Below are positions 22,268 to 32,128 of a DNA stretch of 32,128 bases, in pieces. The notes beneath the pieces are model-generated. The model ran no database searches and was not told the DNA's origin. It was given only the letters and a program-made list of their open reading frames with translations. The DNA is from Phoronis australis. Its lineage: Eukaryota > Animalia > Phoronida. Position 1 is the first letter of the stretch, and the number at the start of each line of letters is the position of its first letter. The stretch lies in NCBI GenBank assembly GCA_002633005.1, contig NMRA01000597.1, forward strand, positions 225,182 to 257,309, given 5' to 3'. Made by a program: the position numbers and the translations under genes.

Positions 22268-23963
22268 TGTTTTAATCTTTTATCTCAGTGTTTCATTGCA
22301 TCTTGTGGGTATATACCATATTGTAGTTTCTGAATGTTAAATACTCCACCCATGCTACTCTATTGCTATTGCTTCAGTAGTCAGATCGGATCTTGAAAAT
22401 TCTATTCAAATCTGATACAAACAACAAAAAACATTAACATTTCAAACACAGTCTCTGTCAGTGGAATGAGCAACTGCTTACACAAAAACACTTTTGATAT
22501 TTTTAACTCTAAAATACTATGACATACTATTCTTAGACATCGCTCTTCTGGTGGGGTTTTAACTTATTTGTCTTATTAATGTAACTCAAACACTGACTTC
22601 AGCTCTTCACTGGGAATAAGATCACCTGGAGTGAAGATGAGTTGTGTTTTTACTTTGAACCGCGGTTTGTATATGAGATGTGTTAGTATGCCTCTCAACA
22701 ACCAAGGTGTTTCTGTCTGTTTCTTGAGAAAAATTCTCTGTGACTTTTGTTGCACCGTTCGGGGCAGTCTGGTGCATGTTTCCAGATTAACATTTGTATC
22801 GGTGATGTCACGCGATCCAAGCCCACAACTGGGATCATGAACAGAAGTTCCATATGAGGAGCAGTCAGAGTCTGCGACGACAACGAATCATCTTGGGAAC
22901 GAATGCGTTAAGATGGTTTTGCAATGCACTTCAGGCACATATGAATGATGTACAGTGAAACAACACAAGGAAAAGTGCCTGTCACTGATTGAAACATGTG
23001 GGTCAGATAGGGCTGGATAAACAATAGACTTTAATTGAGAAATAAAGAATGAACAAGAACTATGACATCGTATTCAAATTTCACTACATTCTTTGTGGGT
23101 ATTAGATCGCTCAGATAAGGGAAGTCAAGTCTCCTCATTGTGTTGCTCAGGCAGGTTACACACAGTAGAGATTAGGACATATCAACAAACAAACAGCAGT
23201 TGCAGTGTTTTTTCTCTGGTCAGTTGTTGTTAAGAGGTTTTTATGGTTCAACCAATGATCAGTTTAATTTGACGGATTTTGTTTTTTATAGTCCACTGAG
23301 TGTACAAAATAAGCGAGGAAAGATTACTGCCACAAATAGGGAGCAGTTATCACTGCCACCCATCTCAATTCCCTGATCTTCAAACAAAAGGCGCCAGTCA
23401 TAAAAGACCAGGCACTGCAACAAGTGTTCCTATTGTAACCCCAACCTGCAAGAAGCCAGTAGTTGCTGGTTGGGAAATGCAATGTAGCGTGTAGCGCTGA
23501 GTGAAATAAGCTTCATAGTGTTTCACAAAGGTATTGATTTTATTTTCTTTAAAGAGGCATTCTCTGTGAAAAAATAATTTTATAAAATCAGAAGTCAAGT
23601 ACATTGAACGCCTCAGCTCTGCAGCACCAGTGGTAAAGTGGTCGCTGAGCCAAATCCCATGTGTTACAGAGCAGTATAATTTAAGCATCATTAAATATCT
23701 TGCAGACAACCACCAGAACTTGTGAGTTGTAGCAAAATGACTACAACGAGCGATTTTGTTGTTTTGTAGCCTCTGATCAAATCTCCAGTTTGAGGCAGTA
23801 ACAATACATTATTTTGTACTAGGTCAGTTTAGAAATAGGCAATACTGGCCATCCCACGTTCAAGAATTAAAGAATGCAATGCCCGACATTTTGGAGAATG
23901 TTTACCATAACAACTTTAAGAAGTGTATCTCATCCAATAATGATCCCAAAGACGTCCCGTCAT

Positions 23964-24020
23964 ATTATGCATGAACATTACGCATGAACGTTATGCTTGA
24001 ACATTATGCATGAACATTAT
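23964..24020 (+). repeat. 13-bp minisatellite (~4.4 copies)
   Basis: Unit ATTATGCATGAAC with one or two substitutions in the middle copies. Confidence 0.9.
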
Positions 24021-24569
24021 TTGGATTACAGTGTGACTCTCAGAAACTTGGCCTCGCCAACATCCCAACACACTTAACACTAGACCAGTAGTGTACACTA
24101 AAAATTCTTTCAAATGTAGTCCAGTGCAGGGCTCGACGTTTAGCATAACGTCATCTCACAGAAGCGAACCTGTAAAATCCCCAGGTCTCCATACCTGAAC
24201 TGAGGTGGCCTAATCTCACGACATATTCAGACGGAGATACTGAAATGAAATAAATAAGATACCTGAAGTGAAAGGCCGTGGAATTCAGCAAATATTCACC
24301 AATGCACCCAAAATCTGCACAGGTTTTTGTGCTTGAGCGGGAAATTAGGAGTATATCCCGTGCTGTGTAACCATTAGTTTCTCCGAGTCAGGCCCAATAT
24401 TCCATGCACAGGCTCAGCTCTCTGTTGAGGCAGGTGAACATGATCACGGTCTTCTGATTTATGCCAAACGATTTTGACTTCAGTTTACTTCCTATGGTGT
24501 TTTGAGTGAGTGCTTAAATGCAGCATGGCAATTTTTTGTTGTGACCTTGGATTTCTACCAGGTAGTTGA

Positions 24570-24727
24570 CAGTGCTGTAGTGGTAAAATTAGAGGTAAGT
24601 TAAGGCGCCCAAAGCCCACCGTATCAACTTGAGCACTGAACCTAACTTATGGTGCATAGGCGCTACGATCAAATGCTAAAAGGTGGTTGGCTGCGCCTAT
24701 GTGCGCCTGCGCCCCATTACAGCACTG
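24570..24727. mobile_element. hAT-like MITE (158 bp)
   Basis: TIR CAGTGCTGTAGTGG / CCATTACAGCACTG (13/14); 8-bp TSD GTAGTTGA / GTAGCTGA (7/8). Confidence 0.85.
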
Positions 24728-27222
24728 GTAGCTGAACAAAGTTTGAGGTCCTCATCCTCCAGGTTGCCAAATCAAGCCTACTGCAGTGAAATTTGTGGAA
24801 GTAGTTTTCCCCACCATCATTTGTGCTGTGAAATTAGCTTTGTGTCGGCAGTGAATTAGCAGGACTTCATGTGAGTTCTTTGCAGATATTTTCCGCAGAA
24901 TTTTCAGTTGATTGGTTATGATCAGAAATTCTGCATGTTTTGCCATTCATGTGGTAAATTACAGGATTCCGGAAAAAATCCACAAGAAATTGCATGAAAA
25001 GGCCTTTTGTTTTTAATTTTTCCAGATTTCACTATGGACTCTGTGTGAACTTAATGAACTTTACTTTTCGCCAGTTTGGATCATTGAAAGAGTTTCACCA
25101 ACCTATTGAGAGACAGCATTAACAAATTCGTAAATTAGTCTTTCATGTATTTCCATTTTTTACTTAAAAATATTTAAGAATGAAATGCTAGTTGTCTCAG
25201 CACAGTAGAAGCCATTTTTGTGGATGCTGCACCGCCAAAAATTAAAAGTTATCTAAAAATTTCTTATTCGAATTCTGCTTATTTTGAAGAGATTTGATTT
25301 CGTATTGAAACAAAATAATTTGCCTGGCTAAAAGTTTCTACTAGCTTGAGGTTTGGTTGAATTACTGCAATGAATTTTGAAGTGAAAAGAAACGGAAAGA
25401 GTATCTTTAAATTTATTAACTTCTTTTGTCATATTTCTACTTCAAGTTGATGATTCATTCAAGTTAGGCATTGGTATTTTTTGCCTTGGGTATGTTGTAT
25501 GGCTTCTTAATATTTCAGAACACTTCCGCAGTTCATTCAGTAAAAGTAGAAATTGCGTCAAATATATTGTACAATTTTCAAGGACAGAGGCCCAAAAGAC
25601 TTGCATAAAATTGGGTCATGGGACTCACCACTCTAGATTTTTAGTATGGTTTTATGTGTCATACAGGACCACATAACACGACATTTTTCGAGGCCCAGCC
25701 CATAAAGCTGAAATGGTTGGCTATAATTTTCAGCCTACCATAAAATTTTTCCTAGATGTATCTATTGATGTGGTGGCGAAGTGTTGAGTATGCATATTCA
25801 AAGTGAATATATATCATACAAAGTACATGTTTGTGACCATTGGTCATTAGAAGGATTTGGATGTATACAACAGAACATTCTTTTAAGTGAAGTGGGTGTA
25901 CTTAGATTGCTCCATGTGTTTCTGTGTTGTTTGTCGTAAAAATCGCTCTAAAGTTAATGCTGTGTCACTCAGGGTTGTTAAAAACTTTCTCAGTCTTCAT
26001 GCAATTTTTATGATTGAATTTTCTCATAATGCAGTGCAGTAAATGACTTTATGGTAGGATGTATTCATACTGCGTATGGCATTATTAATTCCAAAAATAT
26101 GGCCATCATGAGTTTGATTCATTTTGGAGAATTTAAATTTCCCCTTCCTGTGCATTCAATGAATCCTCAGTATAGCAAATGTGTGTCATTTTGTGATTTC
26201 TGTGTATATAAATGTCATATTTTAACCCGTCTCATAATTATATCCTGTTTGCACTAGACTTGAAGTTGACAAGGTTCAGCTGACACAGAACCAGACGATT
26301 TAGTGCATGAAGTATGAAAGCATAACTGATACAGAGCAAATTGACACCATGGTGACAATTTTTGTCTTCTTTTATTGTTTGTGAGGTTGAGCAAGTTGCT
26401 CCCAATCATCTTGCTCCTGTCAACTAAACGTGTAAACGCAAAAATAGAGAACCTGTGTGACTGTGGGTATTCAGCTTGCTGCTACACACTACAAGCCAAT
26501 GTATTCAGACAAAATCACTTGCAATTTTTAGTGTTCCACTAGACAGCTGGGCAGAAGCCAAATTCACTGTCAGAGAATGAAGGGGAATTAACGGGAAATT
26601 TTGAGTAAGATGGCTGTTAAGCCATTCTGTACTTAAAACTTAGCCGCCTTGTTGGTTATTACTGGTCATTTTTGCTGTTAACAGAATTAGCCATCATGAT
26701 GAGGACAAGTATTTTGTCCGATTACTTTCCGCCTGTAGCATAATTACAAGGAATGTTATGTTACTAATGTATGCATAATACATTATTCTCTATGTGTGTA
26801 CTAGCCGGTCAGTGTTTAGCCTTGGCTGTACCTAATGTTTGATGTGAATCTTCTTGAATTTCGTAGTTTAATTTTTATTCTTTCATTTCTTCACTTTCAT
26901 CATAATTATGTTACCAAGACAAATCACACTTCCTGCAACCATGGAGGAATAATGAGATGAAGCCTGTATTTCTTTTAAACAACAATATCTCTCGAGTGGA
27001 TTTTTCTCATTCAAAGACAAGTTTAACTCAATTTTGATACTAATAATAATCCTTAATGCCTAAGATTTTTTTTTTTCATTTGGCCTCAGATGCTCAAGTA
27101 AATCTCAACAACAAGGTTGAATTCAATAATTGTCTCGCTACCTAAGTCATGTGCTTTCAATGAAAATACACAGGAATGTCTGGCAAGATCTTGGTTTTCC
27201 TAGGAAAAGATTTGCCTTTCTG

Positions 27223-27461
27223 GGGCCCATTCCAAGAAACTGTCTTCAGTTCATTTCCTACTCAAGTGTAAAATTTGTCTACTTCACTTTGAAACTTCCA
27301 CATCCAGTTAGTCAAAATTAAGATAAAACTTAAGTCAAAATCTTAAGGCAAACTTAAGATCTCTTTCTTAAAACAGACTTGAGACAAAGTCGAGTTTTAT
27401 CTTAAAATTGATGGAAATTTAAGATTTGTCTAAGCAAAGTCAGTTTTCTTGCAAAGAGCCC
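27223..27461. mobile_element. PIF/Harbinger-like fold-back MITE
   Basis: CTG|GGGCCCATTCCAAGAAA...TTTCTTGCAAAGAGCCC|CTG (14/17 TIR, CTG TSD); internal inverted pair TTAAGATAAAACT / AGTTTTATCTTAA. Confidence 0.8.
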
Positions 27462-28307
27462 CTGAACCCTTCCCTTCAGTTTTTAGTGTCACACGAAGGT
27501 TAATGACTATATAACATTACAGTTACAAACCCTACCTGACCACAACTTAGGTTTAGAGGACTTGCTTCAAAAATGTGTGAAATCTTAATGATATATAAAG
27601 AATGCATTTACTTTTTCTGCAGTGTAATTATTGAAGAATTCATGGAATTTGTGATATAGGCATGAAATTCTGCAGAAGCTTTCAAGTGACTTGGCCAGGA
27701 AGGTGTTTGTTATTAAATGAATGAATAGTGTTTCTGGTATGTAAACACAATGTAGTACCTGCTTAATATTACAAATATGCTCCATATTCCACCTGTGCTA
27801 GAGCATTACAAGTTAACTGTACTGGAGCATGAACCAAGCAAGTACTTGGCAATATTTCTTACTGCCAGGAGAATGCTGCTGCTAAGAATGCCCTCTCACT
27901 CTCTGAGAGAAATTTAGAAGGTACTGTTGTGTTGTTTTTTTTTTTTGTTTTTTTTTTATTTATCATTTTGCATCTACAAATATTTTACTACTTGATTAGA
28001 AGCAAGGAAATATCAGTTTTGAAGTTTTGATAACATTCTTGTGTGTATGACTGTGTTTTTGATTTACTGGAGTCACAGACTTTTACTAAATCTGTGCCGA
28101 AGTCCATGCTGAATTATATATCTACGGTATTACTTGTATTACTTCCCTTAGTCGGGATTACATTTATTGTTATGTCACGTGTGTGTGAGGAAAACTGGTT
28201 CTGCTATGTGCTATGTCATTCAAATCATCAACTGCAACCAGTGCTGGGTAATCTAGGGATCACCTGTCCAGGTTTCCATGTTTTAATAATGTTGTTTTGG
28301 TTATTAA

Positions 28308-28840
28308 GGTTATGTGGGTTCCTAAAAAAATGTCGGGCAAAGTTTGCAACGTCATATCTCAGAAATGGCTCATTGGATTCTTATGAAACTTTAAAGTATT
28401 GTGGAATAATTATTGTTTCGACAATAATTGTTCTGTTTCTGCATGAGGGCTATTAAAAATAGGACTTTAATGATTTCAATGAAAAAACTCCAAAATTGCA
28501 TATTGAACGACAACGAATTGATAATTTTGAAAATTGTAGCAGCAATTTTGAGGATTCATCTTGAACATTGAAATTCAGTCGTGTTACAGATACTGGTGCT
28601 TTGCTATGTATGTATCTATCTTTTATGCTACATTTTATGAAAAAGCCATGGTCAGGTGACCTAGTTAATAGGAGATTGGTATGAAGTCAAACATCAAATT
28701 CTGCAGGCTTTCTACTTTCAGAAAATGTTTACCTTTACTGAGTTAAAAACTATAGTTTTGGGATATATGGCTTAATACACAGACTACTCAATAAGGTTCT
28801 AAAAAAATTAAACCTATCTTTGCTGCACAAGTGCACAACC
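28308..28840. mobile_element. Possible decayed TTAA-type (Kolobok-like) non-autonomous element
   Basis: TTAA|GGTTATG ... CACAACC|TTGA; only short imperfect termini. Confidence 0.3.
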
Positions 28841-30392
28841 TTGAAATGTGCTGGTAGTAGATGAATCTCTTATCTTATCTCTGTGTAAGGTGATGTAATC
28901 ATTTAATTAAACTCCTTGAAAAATAAACATGAAAATCTCCTATGTTCTGCTGCACACATGGTGCCCATCCTATACTAACTTACCAATAAAGTGTAGTATG
29001 AGGTTCAACTGTCAAAATTTGCAGGCCATACTAAACCTTTCCCACTATACTTATGTAATCGGATTGACTTTAGCACTCTCGCTAATGCATTAGCGGTCTT
29101 ATGTTCCATCATAAATTTGTTACTGTAGTAAATTTAGTCCTGAGTAAATGAGCTTTCACACTTGGATTCAACTACATGTATGTATGGTGAGGAAAGAATG
29201 CTAATAAACTCTTAGTGGGGAAGGCCTATTTGAGTCTGGATCAGCTTCAGTTCTCATAGGATGTCTGACCCACTCACCAGGTAAACTTTGTTAAGTTCTA
29301 CAAAACTTATCATTGTAGCAGGAACCTGCTAAAGGGCATAGTCACTTTTGGTGGCCAGTAGAAAATCAGTTCTTGAGTTATTCTGCATACATGCGAATTC
29401 TTCACTCTTGACCATGATAAGGAATTGCGAAACCAGCATCCTAGAAGAAAGAAGCGTGATGCAGCATGATCTTCAAGGAAAGTGTTCAAAAGGCTTTCAA
29501 GAAAATTAGAAGGATTTGTCGGTTTTTCCTAAGCCGTGGATATTTCTAAAAAATGTCTGTGACCTCCAGCTAAATATCAAGAGGTTGTCAAGTATGTACG
29601 ATGTTTCACCTATTACAAATATTTGTGGGAAACTTAGGCCTTGTAACTTGTAAATAGCACGTGCAAAAAGTCTTGTCTTGGAATAAAAACCATCACTTGA
29701 AAAGGTGTATTTATTACCCATACTACTTATAACTACCATCTTACTCTTGACCTCTGGGGTTAAGCATGAGAAATAAATCATGGGTAAAAGAACTGGCCTG
29801 GACATCACCGGGCCTGTTTTCAGAGTTGAGCATCCAGTTGTATTGTTTCATTTTCCAGAGAGATTGTTGGCTATAGGGTAATTGTTCATTATTTAATACA
29901 CAATATAGCCAACAAGTGAAATTCCATTTTGTCGTATTAAATTCTCCACAAAAACAATGATTAAGTAAACTTTAGTCTGCTATTAGCATTGCTTACGCTG
30001 TGAAAATGTGATAAAACAACATTTGTTACAGTTTCTATTATTTGCACCTTGGTTATCAGCATTTGTTTTTTGAAAATTGTGAAAATGACAATTTTGGCAT
30101 GAACTGTTTTTGTAGGAATCACTCTTGCCTAAGATAATCACCGTGGTTACTAAGTATAAGGATAATATCATTTCAAAACTATAGAAGTTTTTGCTGTCTG
30201 ACTAATGTCAAAGCTTACTGCAACTGGTGTTCAGACTAAGAGTTTTTTCTTTGGATAGACTGTTTCCGGAAAGTGACGGTTGTTGAGTTATTTTCCATAG
30301 TTAAAAATGTGCTGATAATAAGTGGGTTGCTCCTTTGTATGGTACTTCATGACGCAGATTTTTTCAAAGGATGTAGAACTTCATACACTGTT

Positions 30393-30443
30393 ACAGTGGC
30401 TGATCAGTATAGGGGTGAGGGTGCACTCAATCACAGCCACTGT
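30393..30443. repeat. 10-bp perfect inverted repeat, possible collapsed MITE
   Basis: ACAGTGGCTG ... CAGCCACTGT with a 31-nt spacer. Confidence 0.45.
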
Positions 30444-32128
30444 TTTGTATTGTCTGGGGTGTTTTTTTTTTGGTTTTTTTTTTTTTTTGGTTAGTGTTTC
30501 CTGAGGGGTGTAACACGCACCCTACTGTGTTATTGCTTGGCATCTAACATTCTGAGTGATCCTGCATTTTTTCTACCAGCATGGATTGTAGAGGCCATCA
30601 TGGAAACCAACCTGTATCAATCTAAGCATTTGATCATGGAACCATCTGGTTGTGTCCCATTGCATTTGTCACTCTTTACAAGAAGCCATTGCATTTTGTT
30701 GAGCTAAAAATACTAAGGAATTGACAGTTAGTTATTCCCCAGCTCAGAAACATAACACAAAATGGTCCTAATGGGATCTTAGGGACTCCAGGGTCTGTTA
30801 ACTAGACATGCTATTATGAATTTGAGTTACTGGCTAATCCAGCAAAAAGTGAAAACACTCGATTTGTGTGGCAGCGGCTTATACTAACACCATCAGCTTT
30901 ATATGTGTTGGTGCATATATCACTGTCAGTTGCTAAACAAAGACTCGGTATGATTTGCTCAATAATTTTGATTGTCCCAAATAGGTGAGCAGGATGGTTT
31001 TTACAAAATTTCATTGTTTCACAGTTGTGTTTCGAATAAAAACAACTGGGGGCTAATTATGTAACATCAAAATGTCTAATCAATATTTTTCACAGAAGGC
31101 AGGTGCAAATAGCTTTTATTGTTGACTGGTTATTATGCATTCGTGTTGCAATCTTTTGGCAAGCGCTGGACTTATTGAGTAGGCAGGTGTTCTAATCACT
31201 TGGTAAAAAATGCTCAGTGTAATATCATGCATAATTACACTTGAAAGGTCAGCAGCCGTTTTAGTGCACTGTAGGTCTTGGTAGCTATCAAAAGGCTACT
31301 TAAGGTTAGACTGTAGTATTCCACATACCTTGCCTTCAAAATCCCTGTGCACAAATGCATGCCGCCTACCATAAATCCCGGTACTGCTGTTGGTAATCAC
31401 TGTTCTTCACTGACAATTTCAGTTAGACATTTTACAGCCTGATACACGTGCTTACATTTTTGTGAGATAATTAACATTAGCAAAATGGGTTTTCATCTGA
31501 GAGCTGTTCTTTTAACTGTAGCCCAATGGGATTAATGTTGCCTGAAGACTGCTCTGTTTTCACTACCAATATCACTATGACCCCCCCTTCCCCTGATACC
31601 TTTCCACTCCACTGCTGTTCTCTATTTCTTCAGTTTGTTGCACTTTCCATAACCTTTCATATAATTTCAGATGTTTTAGTTTTTTGATGTCCATTTTTGT
31701 TCTTACAATTTTTAAAGCTACATTTTCCCTGTTTAGCGAGCTGAAAATGAAGCTTGACTTAGGCCTTTAATTGCCATCCAATCGATCTGATAGTGTGATT
31801 TACATGATGGGATTCTATACAGATACCTACAATTAACATCGAAATTATGGTTAGGTTACACTCGAATTGCAAATTCAAAAATGGATCATCAGTGGCATTA
31901 TGCATTGCATGTAAATTGAGTTGGTAAGGAAAATGAAATCCTATCACGGTAAGGAATATATGAATTCCTAATTTAATTTTGGTTTTAGCCTGTTAAACAG
32001 GGCAAAATACAGCTTTGCGTTTTCTATTTCCTGGAACTCGTCGCGCCATCTCTCGTCTTTTGATAATTTATTGTTTTGGAGGTTTATAGCAGCTACAAGT
32101 CTATGTGTATAGTTTTATTCCTTGCTTT

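Noticed and set aside
28043-28456. 137-aa hydrophobic ORF resembling a membrane protein
   Set aside because: Hydrophobicity follows from T-rich DNA; GTG start; overlaps a probable repeat; no family motif.

Overview
AT-rich, intron-containing animal genomic DNA, probably from an invertebrate bilaterian (inference; the species cannot be read from the sequence), with one N gap at 9639-10017. Two + strand host genes are supported. (1) The last three coding exons of mitochondrial ferredoxin-1/adrenodoxin (FDX1: 25-137, 1744-1876, 7045-7138), with a polyA signal at about 7400. (2) A probable first coding exon of an unidentified gene (11665-11907) in a CpG-rich promoter, followed by more than 20 kb of apparently intronic, CpG-poor DNA in which I found no further convincing exon. 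Most remaining structure is transposon-derived. The most striking piece is a three-level nest in the last FDX1 intron. A Helentron/HINE-like element made of ~150-bp monomers (450-bp higher-order period, CTCF-like motif in most monomers) is split at a TA by a pogo/Tc1-mariner-like DNA transposon. That transposon carries a frameshifted HIRAN-like gene head-to-head with a possible transposase remnant, and is itself interrupted by a tRNA-derived SINE with target-site duplication. Also present: a decayed hammerhead-ribozyme-like motif, many MITEs (hAT-, Harbinger-, Tigger-like) and a 27-bp P-like micro-insertion in the second promoter. I see no intact novel system; the HIRAN-carrying transposon is the best lead. 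All family assignments come from recalled motifs, not database searches.
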